Positions 21,541-36,000 of a DNA stretch of 64,000 bases are shown in pieces. Both the position numbers and the translations under genes were made by a program. This DNA is from Takakia lepidozioides (taxonomy: Eukaryota > Plantae > Bryophyta): contig CM060734.1 in NCBI GenBank assembly GCA_030704615.1, positions 49,104,001 through 49,168,000 on the forward strand, written 5' to 3'. The notes beneath the pieces were generated by a model. The model was not told the DNA's origin and did not search any database. It was given only the letters and a program-made list of their open reading frames with translations. Position 1 is the stretch's first letter, and each line of letters starts with the position of its first letter.

Positions 21541-24500
21541 AGACCCTTTCTGATATCTGGACAGCAAGGACAAGCACAGGACAGCAAGGACAATCACAGT
21601 CTATACAGCGCTTCTACCGAAGCACAAGGTCTTGCCCTAATTTCTCTATGGCCCAGATTCACACGGTTGAAGCGAGAACAAAGCAGGAAATAACGAAATA
21701 ACTGGGAAAAGAGAAATCTTGGCGAGCCGGCCTCGATCAAGCCTACGGGCTAGGCGTCTACATCCCGACCCGATAGCTAGTCGGCGAGCATTGCTCTTGG
21801 CGCCATCCACACGCCCTCTCCTCTCTCTCTCTCTCGTCGAGCTTCCTTCCCACCATAGCTCCCCTTCCTCTAACTATCTCTCTCTCTCTCTCTACGCAAC
21901 CCTAAAACATTTTCATATTATATATATATATATATGAAGTTGAAAATATTATATATATACCTATATATATCCATTCAACTTCATATAATGTAAACTATAT
22001 AATACACATTCATGATTCATCCTGCCAGGAGCGACAGCTCACAATTCAGCCCTTTACACATATGTAATACATATATGAAATTCGATTAATATATTATATC
22101 AAATATTATATGTTGTGTACTTTGCGACGGCTGAGCAAATTAGCTTTTTATATCATATGACGTAAAAAATAGTATCCATTAAATGCCCAAATGTGTGGGG
22201 TTTTGTTTATTATATCACTCCGCTATGAGTCATTACACACACACAGGTAATCCCTTCTCTTGCTTTTTTAGGTCTCTTATTATTACTCAGCAGAATTGTG
22301 ACCGTTTCCCGTGGGCATAGATTGGCCTATTGCCGTTGAGCGTCCTCGAGTAGGCTATGGGATGGGCAGGGTACAACTGACATGCTACCCGGTGTGCGCT
22401 GCCCGCCATGAAAAAGTGTGGCAGCCTGCTGGGCTCTCCACTTTTCAGGCAGGCAGCTGAGCGGGCAGAATACCATCTGCCGGCCAATTCCAGAGTACGT
22501 ATTTGACAATTTGCGGCGAATAGAATCACAGCGGCGTCCGCTTTATCCAGAGGGTGAGTGTTCCGGGGCGTAATGGATTACTAGACTTTTCCACAGGGCT
22601 GTACAGCCAATCAGAGGCGGGCCAGTGCAATCGATTGCTCTACACACCATCCCAAGCTGTCATGAGCACTCCATCACGCTGCGGAGCGGACTGGCCGGTA
22701 CCTGCCATTATGGCGGCTCCAGCTCCCATTCCCGTCTTCTTGCCCACCGTAATGGCAGGTCTGAAGTGTGAAGCCGATTCCAATGCACAATAAGTTATAA
22801 CGGAATTTGAAAAAATGAGTTACTTAAGAGATTTGTTGTTGTTTTGCTTTTTTTTGTTTTGTTTTATTTATTTTCCTTGAGAAAGGGGAGTTCTGGCCTT
22901 ATGTCAGCGTCCGGGCCTATAAGGGTTTTAATTTTTTTTTCCTTCAATAATTCAAATTAAGTTAATACGGGCTTCTTCCCCTTTCAGAGTTTCACCAGCA
23001 GAAACAATAAAATAAAAAAAGAAAAGGAGAGGAAGCCCTTGTGAGCTTTATTGATGGTTTTTCAATTTTACTGATAAATGGGAAGGAAAAACCTTGGTAT
23101 GAGGCAACTTAAAAGTACGACGCCTCCTGTATGGAGCATAACTTATGGTGTCACTTCACCAAAAGGGCTACCGCCTTCCAACTGAAAGGTGGACACCTGC
23201 CATACCGTGGTTTGAACCCACAACCACATCCAACGTGGTGTGGTATGTGCCCATTACCGTTGTCCAGGCCGAAGTGTGAGGTGCCAACCGGAACTAACGA
23301 GAGAGGATAGGCCGAAGCCATAAAAAACTTCCATGTCTCGGCCAAATCGGCCAAGTTATCCAAAGTTTGCCGACCTCGGTGGAGCATGGCTGACTGGTGG
23401 CATGGATGGTTGCTTGTATGTGCATAGAGTTCAAAATAATGCATTGTTGTCCAAGGCCCGGACCGATTGAGCCGGTCACTTGGTAAAGGGTAGGGTAGTC
23501 CCGCTGGATCAATATCCGAGTCAAGAGAGATGAGCAATGTGCACAAAGGTGACCTTCACCCCAAGTAGAAGAGACACAGGAACCAGTACAACAGGTGGAA
23601 AACCAATATAGGACATGAACTCTGCCGCCAAATTCCCAGGTATTGCGCTCACCGATGTCGGTCGCCGATATCTGGGCGCCGGCTAAAATTAAGGCATGGA
23701 AGCAAGTCGTCATTTTTGTCATCTAGTGCCAAGTTTTTCGACTGCCGATACATGGAAGTTGGCCGTTGCCGGCAAGGAAGCATGGCCGGCAGGGGGGAAT
23801 GCAGAATGAGAAATATGACTACCTATTATTGAGTTCATCCGTCAAGCAGCCAAGAAATGACCAAAGACGAGAGCACGCGGACTCGGCCAAGACCATGGGA
23901 ACAGGGCAGATATATAATAGTTATTCAAGGATATATTATTTATCAATTTAAGTAAATTCCTTCAGGCTTCCAGCCATGATAGCTTATGTAGCACTAGGCC
24001 CAGGTACAACCTAATTTCAAAAAGGAGATAAATATAATAAGTTTTTAATTATAATGATTAGTTGATTACATAGGTAGTTGATAACAGTGATTGGTGAACA
24101 AGTTTGATGTACTATTTACTAGACTATTTTTATCCACAAATTCCTCTGGGGCCTGGGCTTCCCTCCTTCTTTTACCCACCATAGCAGCATGTACGAGGCC
24201 GTTCAATGTACGATAAAGAAAAGAGATAATTATATATTTCATAATAATATTAGTTTGCTGATTAGGCTTGATATATATGACGAAAACAAATTTGTGGGCC
24301 TCTGTCCCTTGTTTCCTTAATTTAAAAAATGATATACTTTTTATCAAACTATTACTATAGACAAATTTTGTTGGAAAATGCACACCCGCTCATCCGACCG
24401 TATGACAAAGTCAACGACCCACGTCAACAAATAGACAGTAAACCATAAAAAGGTGACGTAAAACGGCCGTAATACAAATATTCCAAGTATAGGCGATGGA

Positions 24501-27085
24501 AGAGGGACCAAGAGTTCGAGATTCCAGCGTGCCCGAGAATATCCTGTTATGCAGGCGCCAGACTCATACTTGGTCGTAGCCACGCAGCGTCCAAAGGTAC
24601 AGATACGTATAATAAAGTGACAGCCTAGTCGTATAGACGTACGCCCTGGTGGCAGGGCGTATTGATGGCCATAATGGCGGGGAGACGGCGCCCGGGAATC
24701 CGATCGCGGGCAGGGGGGTCGGACCCGGGCTTGCGTGCCGCACATTACTGCGTCGTCCACGTCTTGCTGGCCTTTTCCATCAATGCAATATTTGGTTAGT
24801 GAGATACTCATTACTGCCCCCCCTTAAACCTACATATGTCGCGGACATGAAGCCCCGCTAGTAACTGTTTGCGGATACTCTCCAGAACTCTGCGCAACGG
24901 GAATGAAGGAACGTATACAGCAACACCACCAACCCTTTCCTTCTTTTATTAGCCGATCAATCGCTGTGTTATGTCCGCAAAGCTTTACTTGTCCAGGTTT
25001 TTCGCAAGAAATACTCGGTGGATCCAATGTCGTGGGGCCCTGTTTACATTTCTGCCCGTCATATAATGGGCCCCGCAGTTCCGCACCGTATACTCGTCCG
25101 GACGACCCCGTTTCAGGGCAAGCAACGATTTCTGTCCGGAAAATATTTACCGACTGGCGTTACGTCAACATTCTTCCGGTTTGATTCTCGGATTCTGGGA
25201 TTCTAGTTTGGTCGTTCAGCTGACAAGACAATGATGGTGGCTAGAGAGGAGCGGAATGGACTGAGGCGCGACGGTTCGTGCTGCGGAACTGTCGCCGAGG
25301 AAGGGAGGAGCCGGGACAGATTATCTGGTGGGCCGTTGAGGCCGGGCATTGACCGGCAGTCTTGACCATTTTGTCCGCCAGACAACACGCTCAGCCTGAT
25401 TCCGTGCGCTTCTGCTGAGCTGGCAGGTTATCGCTGGTGGCGACTAGTAAGGACAAGGTCTGCAGAGATTTGCGCGATTGGCTGGGTGCCGCGTGGCGGT
25501 TCCAGGATTGGGGTGCATAATTGGAGTGCATTGATGGCGTACAGAGTGCGAGCGGGGTGGATGGATGAGAGAAATATGGAATGGATGACAATTGCGGGCA
25601 TGATGGGATGATGGGATGAGAAAGAGTGGCAGTCACATCCAGGGCGTCGTGGCGGCGGCGCCGCTATGGCGCCCGTAGAAGCGCGGCCCGGGTAACGGTA
25701 CCCGTGCGTAGGCAAGCGTAGGCTGTACAGGTAGGGGGCGGGCGTGAGAGGGAGACGAGGGGGGGAGGGAGGGGAATCGAAAGCCGGGGTTCTTCGTCTC
25801 CTTCGGATTTCTCTTCTTGAGAGAGAAGGGGCGGGATGCAGGGCAGGAGAGCAGGCAGGGATTGAGGTGAGATATTATGTGTCCGTCTTGTCTTGCAGAT
25901 GCAGGGACGGTGGAGCAGGGAGGGGGAGCGAGGATGTTGTAAGTAGGGAGAGAGAAGGTAGTGGTGGGGGAATAGGTAGCCCCTGGTGCTGATGAGGTCT
26001 GCGGATTTTTACTGGAGTTGGTGTGTCCCGTGTGATGTTGTTTCGTGCATTTGAGGAGTGCAGAAGGTTTTGTATTGTGTTTTTCGTGCGGGCTGCTTGC
26101 AGGTGTCTTGTAGTTTGGTCTTGCTCTGCCCGGGGGGGTGGGGGGCGGGGGGGATTAGTTGCCGTCTGGGGTTTCTCCTGTCTCTGTGCATGAGGCTGTG
26201 TCTCGCTGCGTGCCTCGCTGCGTCCCCGGGGTCTGCCTACTTGTCAGGCTTTGTGGATGTTGTGGCGTTTGGTCGTCCTGGCTTTGTTTTGTGTTTTTTG
26301 GTTTCGTTCTTGGCGGGGTTGTTGAAGCCTGACTTGTCAGTCGTATCGTGTTTTGACCTAGGTTTTCGTTCTTTGGGACGAGGGTGACATTCTTAGAGGG
26401 TGTTCTACGGGGGCGTGCACGGGGAAGTGCAGTTGCTGCCGAGGGCGGGTTTGCTTGGATGAAGGATAATGCCGTTGTTTCGGCAGCGTATTTGTCCTGG
26501 TTTTTAGGCACGATCTGCAGTAGGGTTTCCAATGTGGCGTGATGATAGACCTAAAGTAGAATGAGTGACTGTGGGGTTGGTGTTCTTGAGTCCTCGTGAT
26601 GTTCTTTTAGGTTTTCGTCAAGCTTGTGCGTCGGTTGAGGTTTGGGAACGTTCCCCAAGACGGATACTGGGAAATAGTGCACATTGCAACCCTTTTGTTA
26701 GAGCAGAGCATTCTCCCTGGAGAGACGTACCAAGCCTGTTTGAGAATGCGTGTTCATTAACGCGCTAGTCGTTTGATTCCTCAGTCCGTTTCGGTGACAT
26801 CCTGAGCTCTTCGCTTGTGGAAAGGCTGGTAGGGTAAAGAAACAGCATGATATCAGCTGAACGTGGGTGCATGGTTTAATGTCAAGTTTACTGGGGAGGG
26901 GAACATATCCTTCATGTTTATTTGATCGCAGATTGTGGTGCAATCCATGATATTTTCTTGTTGTTTATGCAGGTCCCTTGAGAGGTTCTTATAAGAACTA
27001 GCTTCCGTTGGTGGCGGGTTGGGAGCCCAGCTTGTCCTTATTCCATATCTCTCAACTTTCGGCAACTGTTAGTTGGCCTTCAGTC

Positions 27086-30000
27086 ATGCCGAGGAGGCGT
27101 AAGACACCTAGAGAGCTTGAGGAAAGCTCTCAAGGGCAGGTATCAGCAGGGATCAGCCCACAATTGGCTCCAGCAACTGCTCCCCCTCAAGCTGCACCAC
27201 CAGCAGGACCACCAGTGCAGCCCCGCCCACCTATATCTGTGCAGCCAACTGCTGGGCTAGGGCGTGATGAGGGACAGGGTATTGGTACAGGTGGACTGGG
27301 ACGTGGAGGACCTGGTTCTGGAAGAGGCAGAGGTCGGGGCCGAGGCATGCCCTCACATTACATGCCCTCGCCCTTCCCTCCCCCAAGTGCTCCGCCGCCC
27401 CATTTTGCTTCTCCAGTTGATCCCTACCTTAGTCAAGCAGGGCCGCCGTACGCAGAAGCTCTCCCACAGTCCTATGGTGCACCAAGGTATCCAGCTCTAA
27501 CTGTGCCAGAGCAATCAGTTCAGTATCCACAGTTGCGGGGAACGCGGCCAGTGCAGGCTGTTGCGCCACCACAGCCCACACCTGTCTACACAGGTCCGCA
27601 TTTTGCAGTTCCCCCTGCTCCCTTGGCACAGGGCCCAGCAGCAGTGGCAGGGTTTGTTCCTGGCCAAACCGTAGTTGAGCAGTTTGGCAGTCTGCAGATT
27701 CCAGGGCCCCCTCCACCTCCTATACTGGTTACAGCTGTGCCCGATCAGGGCCCCACTTCCCCAAAACCTGTAGCCCCGCCTGTATCCAGCAAGGCTCTGA
27801 GATTTCCATTACGGCCTGGAAGGGGCCGCACAGGGCAGAAGTGTGTGGTGAAGGCCAATCATTTTTTTGCAGAGCTTCCAGATAAGGACCTACACCAATA
27901 CGATGTGAGTTCCTGCCTTAAGCCCTTGGATCCTTGTTGGTCCTGCCACAAAAGTATGGTTTGTCCATTCTGAAAGGAATGTCTGTTTTTTCACTTGAAA
28001 TGAACGCAATTTCTAGTGTGGACATGGTGAGAGGTGTGTTCGGAATAGTCAGAGCTGTGTTACGCAGCTGTGTCACCTGATACAGTTCTGGTGAAGACGA
28101 GCAGCCATTGGGTTTGTCTTGGAAGTAGTCACATGTGTATGTGGAAAATGTTTCCCTCAAATTGGAAAGTGGAATATGCAGACTCACGTTCTTGGCTCAC
28201 ATTTTCTCTTTTTCGGTATCTGTGGTGATGTACAGGTTGCTATCACTCCTGAGGTCACCTCCCGTGGTGTCAATCGGGCAGTTATGGAGCAGCTGGTTAA
28301 GATTCATAGGGAGTCTGCTCTAGGCCGGAGGTTGCCTGCATATGATGGACGCAAAAGCCTGTACACTGCTGGTCCGCTCCCCTTCCAATCCAAGGAATTC
28401 CAAATAAATCTTCTCGATGAGGATGATGGCAGCAATACTGCGAGGTTTTGTGCTATCCATTAACTCATCCATCATTTTGGGGGGATAGAACTTCCGTTGA
28501 TGTTTTGCCACTGTTTTTCTTGTCAACCCATGGGCAGTTTTGGTTGCTTCTCTAGTTTCTTGGATTTGGATGGCTTGTGAGCTTCAGTTTGTGCATAGAG
28601 CTAATTCAATAAATGGGAAAGCCTCCGAATACATGTGCCTCTTGTTGAAAGAAAGTCCATAGCTCCGCATTCAATCTCTGCAGTCCTAAAATCCTGTGTA
28701 CACGTCACTAGCTGGAACAACCCAACTGTGGAGCTAATTGTGAATGTTGGTGGATATTGCAGAAGGGAACGTTCTTTTAAGGTGGTAATTAAGTTTGCAG
28801 CTCGTGCTGATTTACATCACCTCGGCCAATTTTTGGCTGGCCGCCAAGCAGATGCTCCACAGGAAGCTCTTCAGGTGCTTGATATTGTGTTGCGGGAGCT
28901 GCCTACACATCGGTAAGACTTGCTTTCTTTTTTAGGGTGTTCTTTCTTTTGTCTCCTTTGTTAGCTTGTGTTTAGCATCTATTTTGGTCTGCTGTCTGTC
29001 TTTGAATTGACAAGGTTTGTTCCGAATAGTGGTATGGATATTCACACTGGCATTCCGTTGGTGTGTGGGGGGGGGGGCTTGTAATGAGCGAATCAAATGT
29101 GAGGTTATATTATCACAGTTGTAGGTGATCTGCACGAATTCAGTGACCTTCTTCTATTATCAGTCCAGTTTATGGCATTTCGTGTGAAATAGTAAATATT
29201 CCTGGTGTATTTTAGGTGGCAAGGCTGAGTTTATATCTTGTCTCCATCCCTGACAAGTGGTAGTTCTCTTGTTTTCTGATTGCAGATACTCGCCTGTTGG
29301 CCGCTCCTTTTATTCACCAAACCTCGGCACCAGGCAGCCACTTGGAGATGGACTGGAAAGCTGGCGGGGGTTTTACCAGAGTATTCGGCCAACTCAAATG
29401 GGCCTTTCTCTAAACATTGGTATGAAACAACAGCTATGTTTTTGGTGGAGGGTTATGTAAGGAATTGGAGTAAGCTTGCTATTGGAGAGGTCATATAGAG
29501 ATGGGTGTACACATCTCACAAACTTATGGGGAGAGGCACAGTCAGAGTAGTTATTTGTAGGGTGATAGTGAGTAGTCAATTTTGTAAAGAGTACAGTTTT
29601 CTATGGCTTAAAACTCGTGGAATGCATGGTATATTCAACTTGGTCGGGTTGCTTTTAGGTAACCGGTGTCTACCTTATATGATCTGTATTCTGGTTTGTG
29701 AAATGATTGACTGGATGCCACACATCCCATGCAGATTGGAGATATTTGGGTCTGGTTGCTAGTCTGGCCTCATGGCAGATAGGTCTTCTTTGATTCAATG
29801 CTTTCACCGCTTTTGTGGCTTTGTCAGACATGTCTTCAACTGCATTCATTGAGCCCAAACCTGTGATGGAGTTCATCCGGGATCTCTTGAATAAGGAATT
29901 ATCAAGGGGCTTGAGTGATGCAGATCGCATTAAGGTGTGCTATTGTCGCCTGGACATGTCTGCTGTTCCCACCTTTGTTTTTGTACATTCGAAGGGGTCG

Positions 30001-33000
30001 TCTTGGCCTCCATACTTGTTTTGTTTTATATGCTCTTTATCTCCCACTTTACTCCCTGACTTGATTTGTCTCATACTTTAAGATTGTCTCAGTTGTGAGA
30101 CAGCATCTGTCGGTTCCACCATCGTTCTTTCTCGTTCCATGTGACTTTCCTTGATAATTTTATCTTCATGCCCATGTTCTCGTGATTGAAGGCTATTCTC
30201 TACGGTGGTCGTGGCTTTCTTATTTCATATTTGGCTACTCCTTGAATGTGAGTTCAGAGTTATCAGACTCACATTGCTAGACAAGTTGTTTCTTTCCTCT
30301 TTGCAGCCAAAGGAAACATTAGAATGACTCCAGAATGATTGCTGGCTGTTTGCTTGTTGTGTTTAACATGAGAATGGTATCCTATGTGAGGGTACATGGA
30401 GCCAGTCTGAACAACTGCAGACCTTATCTTGCATTCTTGCTTTGGACCTGAGGAATGTCGTGAATTGCTTTACAGATCAAGAAAGCTCTACGTGGGGTGA
30501 AGGTGGAAGTTACCCATCGTGGAAGTATGCGCCGAAAGTACCGGATTTCTGGGCTCACCAATCAGGCAACAAATGACCTTGAGTATGCCTCTGCTAATAA
30601 TCTTTTGATCTCTATGTATTGCATTGTTTGACAGTTTGAGTGAGTAGTTTGTGTGATTAGGAGATTCATAGTTTGTCATATTTGCAGATTTCCTGTGGAT
30701 GAGAAGGGAACACTAAAGTCAGTTACTGAGTATTTTCGAGAGACTTATGGCTACCACATTCGCCATGCATCCCTGCCATGCCTTCAAGTTGGCAATCAGC
30801 AGCGGCCTAACTATCTTCCAATGGAGGTATGTCTTCTGTCCTTTGTCCTACTTTGTTAAGTTGTCCAAGGCCTCGTGAGTAATATTTCCAGATGTAATGG
30901 TAGAGTTGTCTTTTGTAAGTGTCACCGGATGAGAGTAAAGGAAAGTGGGCCTTCCATTTTTCGATGTTGGAAGGCAAGAACCAGGGACAGTGTGAGTAGG
31001 CTGTGTGTTTGGATTTGAAGGGATTCTGTTTCCGGATAATTAGCAATGGTTTGTGTTGAAGGTGTATTTAGAGAGTTTGTCTGAAGAATTTCTTTTTGGT
31101 GTTCACATTGGCTCAAAACAAAAGCCTTCGCTTCAAGTTTTAAGGTATTGGAATGTTGTTCCTCAACCAGGTTTGCAAGATAGTGGAAGGGCAACGTTAT
31201 TCAAAGCGCTTGAATGAACGACAGATTACTGCACTTCTCAAAGTCACTTGTCAGCGTCCGAGAGACCGCGAGAAGGATATTGTACAGGTATGTTAATTAG
31301 GTTTGAGTCTCCAGTCAGTGCTTGCACAACTTCTTGGCAGTGCACCACTTCCATTACTGAAGAGACCCACCCACAATGTTGATTTCAGCGGGGAGGCTAT
31401 GGTCGTGGATGGTGGGTCTTGGCTGGATACAGGACTTAAATGTAAGCTGGACTTCTTGCATCTAACAAATGAATGTGGGATTGGCTGGGTTGGGGGGGTG
31501 TTTTGCAGACAGTGCACCATAACGCTTATCATCAGGATCCATATGCACAGGAGTTTGGCATCCGCATCAGTGACCAGCTTGCCCATGTGGAGGCCCGTAT
31601 TTTACCTGCCCCTCGGGTTAGTATTAATCTCTAGCACCGCTACTTAATTGTTCATGCTTTTCTTGCATGCATGGTAGGTTATGCTTTTGCTTTCACTTTG
31701 CATTCAGTGATATCATATCCAGAATTACTGACCATAAAGCAATTGTGATTTTATAGCTCAAGTACCATGACACTGGGCGGGAAAAAGAATGTCTGCCACA
31801 AGTTGGGCAGTGGAATATGATGAATAAAGTACGGTTCTTCTCCTTCAGTTTTTTTTTTGTCATCAACTATGGAGAACTTTTCCTTGATTTTGTCATTGGC
31901 TGGATGGTGATGAGCCACTGATATGAAATACTAGATGTTGAAGAACTACTAGTAAATTACTAAGGACCTGCATGATGGTGCATGGTAATGTAATGTGCTT
32001 TTGCTCTAGACGAGTGCATGACTCTTGTTCTTTCTCTCTCATGTGTTCTTCCATTTTCTATATAATAATTATTTTTATAAGTGTTATGCCACTTATATAT
32101 ATTTGTGGTTATTGTGCTCATAACAACAATCACTGGGGTTTACAGAAGATGGTAAATGGAGGGGTGGTAAACTACTGGGCGTGTATTAATTTTTCACGAG
32201 GCGTGCAAGAGAATGTTGCTCGTGGATTCTGCTACGAGTTAGCTCAGATGTGCCAAACATCTGGCATGGTATTTATTAGGAGCTTCCATGGATTCTCTGT
32301 TCTGATCTGTGTCTTTGATTTTCCTTTGCTATAGCAAGTGTCAGTTGTTGTATCAGATGGAGAATGGGGAAGTATGGCTAGTCCCCTTTGTTTTCATGGA
32401 CTAGCAAATGCCTAAAACCACGAATTCATGTGCTTGTATGAAGAATTGGTCTATCTGATTGGCATTGCAGGCCTTTCAAAGTGAACCAATTGTTCAAGTC
32501 CAGAGTGTACGCCCAGAGCATTCAGAAGATGCTCTGTTACATCTCTATGAAGAAGTCAAACAAAGGACAAAGGGCAAGGGCTTGGATCTTCTTGTGGCCA
32601 TTCTTCCAGACAACAATGGATCTCTTTATGGTGCGTTGAGTTATCTCCTGCATCTGTTTTTGGGATGAATGTTTCCAAATAATGCCGATGACTTGTTTAA
32701 TTTGATCTTATTTTTGCCTTAGGCTGGCGGATACATTGTGAACATGTCCACTTTTTGGTTAGTGGTGGATTGGCATGTTGTTCTCTTAAGTGTCTTTCCA
32801 CTGTATCCATGTGACCACCACAGTCAATCCACTATATCCACTATATGTGACCACACCCATATTGTAGACTGTCTTGATGTGTGTCCCCCTTCATTCAACT
32901 AATATTGATAAGGATTCCTACCCAGAATGTTATGAAGTGTACATGGCATAATTACATGTACTCAAGCATTTAATTGGGAAAGCAAGTGTCCATCTGCTTA

Positions 33001-36000
33001 TTTTCATGCTGTTGTATCTTGATGAGAAAGCTTTTTGGGTATGCACCTGCTTTGATTCTTCTAGGTGTTTTCTGTGCACGTACTCTCTCAACAGTCCGAA
33101 GTATTGGATTGTTTTTCTGACAAGTCTTTGAGATCCTCTCGTGGTCGTTGAAATCAGTGGTTATTCGGAAAGCCTGCCATTCTCATAGCTGCATGCTGCC
33201 TTCAAAGTCACATTATGTGGTTACCTTACATCCTCTCTCAACGAGCTTCATAAAGTGTTGCTATGCCATTGCTGTGAAGAAAACACATGAAAACACCAAA
33301 GGTTTTCTTTATAGAGGCCTGGATAGTCATTAAAAAGCATGTGGTGGCTTCTTTGTATGGGCACATTTAAAATGATAACACCATTCAATTTTGCTTAATG
33401 TTATATTTACGGGCATCTTTTATGACCGTCTTGTGTTGTGCGATCAGAAATCTGTTTGCTGTCATTAGTATAGTAACTTTTGCATATGCTCTTTGGCATC
33501 ATGTGTAGGGGATCTGAAGAAACAGTGTGAGACAGTTCTTGGTGTGGTATCTCAATGCTGCTTGACCAAGCATGTGTTCAAAATGAGCAAGCAGTATCTG
33601 GCCAATGTGGCTTTAAAGATCAATGTGAAGGTATTCTCCTTAGGATATTACTTCTGCAGAATCACTAACGGGAGGTTATGTTTTATTATTCACATTATTC
33701 GTGTATGTTGGAGCTCTGGAACCTTCTCTTTTTCATTTGTTTGTTCTGTTTGTCTTGATAGTGCACAGTTGTGCATTTATGGTTTTTGTCTGGAATTGCG
33801 GTGTCCAGAGTGGAAAGGATGTAAAAGTTGTTCAACTGCATGCTAGGCTTCGTAGCTTTGTGGCTGGTGGTTTCTACTCAGCAGACAGGTGCCTGTACTA
33901 TTGGCTCTATGTGCTTGGTGAGATCCACATTAATTGGTTGTACACTAATTGGTTTGTTTCATTTCTGTGGGATTCAGGTTGGTGGAAGAAACACTGTCCT
34001 AGTTGATGCTTTATCAAGGAGGATCCCTCTCGTGAGCGATATTCCTACTATTATCTTTGGTGCTGATGTTACGCACCCACATCCTGGGGAGGACTCAAGC
34101 CCATCCATTGCTGCAGTATGTCCTCATCACTAATCCTGAAAGGATTCTGGGTAACGTTACATGGCACGTTAATAGTGTTTTGGCATTGTTGCAAGGAGTT
34201 CCTAGCCTGCCCACTCAGAAGTTTTCGCTACCCTTGTTTGGATGTCCTACAAGCACTAATTATCTTTTGCACTATTCCTATTATGGATTGTGGATTGTGA
34301 CTAAATCTTGGAAGTGTTGTTTGGTGGGAGCAGGTGGTTGCTTCACAGGATTGGCCAGAAGTCACCAAGTATGCGGGACTAGTATGTGCTCAAGCACATA
34401 GGCAGGAGTTGATCCAAGACCTGTACAAAACCTGGGTGGATCCACAAAGAGGACTCTGTACAGGAGGCATGATCAAGTACATTCTCACAGCCTCAGCGTA
34501 TTCTGGTTCAAAGTTCTCTGTGCAGACATGTACTTACCATAATGTAAATGTAGGTGCAAGTGTAGTTCACCATCTCCATCTGTATTTCGGAGACTTGTAG
34601 ACATGTAGACAGACATTATTATAAACTAGATAATGCAAAATGAATGGGATGATTGGATTGATGGTGGTTTTGACATCCATGTCTTCTCTTTTGTAGGGAG
34701 TTATTGATATCTTTCCGCAGAGCAACTGGCCAGAAGCCGTTACGCATCATCTTCTACAGGTTTGCTTTCTACTGTAATGATTTTTGCATGGAATTTTGGA
34801 GCCACTATTATGTGCTTCAGATATGGTAGCTGAAGGCAGTTAGAATACCAAATGCATTTCTTTAAATCTACTTTAAATCTAATTTACTGACAGTCCGACA
34901 CAAAGGACGTACTTCCTTATCTGCATTCTAGATAATTGGTTTGTCTAGTTTTAGTGGGTGGTTGAGTAGTCATGGTTTGGTTCTTAATTGTGGTTATGTG
35001 CGAATGTAGGTCAATCCTGGATTCAGAGGTGCACTTAGGGATTTGGCCATGCATGGGAATTCATGAATGTGCATGTTATCTGATATTACTAATTAGAAGA
35101 CCAAAGGCTCAAAAATTGAGTAATGGATCCTCTTACTTTGTTCCTTAAATATGTGATTAGCATCAACTGTAGAGACGGAGTTCTTCATATGAATGTTACT
35201 TCTGCAGAGATGGTGTGAGCGAGGGGCAATTCTATCAAGTTCTTCTGTATGAGCTGGACGCTATTCGCAAGGTCTGTTTATTTCTTTGAATCTATTTCTG
35301 TGATATTTGGGAGTATGTTGGTACCTAGAACAAGTGGTTTAACAGAGTGGGTTTTTCTGCAGGCCTGTGCGTCCCTTGAGCCTGATTACCAGCCGCCAGT
35401 CACATTTGTGGTGGTACAGAAACGCCACCACACCCGCCTCTTTGCCAGCAATCACAATGATAACCGTTCCACTGATAAAAGTGGTAACATCTTACCAGGT
35501 TGGGTTACAAAATCCAATTTAGTGTAGCTCTTTGTGCAGATGTTATGGCCGCTAGTGAGTGGGTGAGGACCTTCATTCTATTTGAATATGTGGAGATGCT
35601 TGTTAAGCAACAGTTAACTTGCAACTGGTAACTTGCAACACTTCAGATTTGTGTACTGCATTTCATTCTATCAATTTTGTACCTCGTAGCTTGATCTCAT
35701 TAGTTTCGTAACTTGCTAGAGTGTTTTTCCTTTACTGAATGTAGTTCAGGTTGACCAAAATATCTTCTTCCTCATCTCTAGACATATAGTCTGAAGATAC
35801 GTTGGGCTCGTCTTCCTTTTGTGAATGTATTTGATGTTGCCTAATACATCTTCTTTCTCACCTCCAGGCACAGTCGTAGATTCGAAGATATGCCACCCGA
35901 CAGAGTTTGACTTTTATCTCTGCAGCCATGCTGGCATACAGGTTGATACCTGCCCTTCTCTTCATTGAATTGCATTTGTTTATCCATTGCAACTTGGTGT

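Noticed and set aside
23151-25200. ORFs of 105-155 aa upstream of AGO1 as genes or a hAT remnant
   Set aside because: No consistent splice structure or convincing domain motif.
27181-27205. miR168 target site in AGO1 exon 1
   Set aside because: Only about 8 nt (CTGCACCA) match, which is not a credible site.
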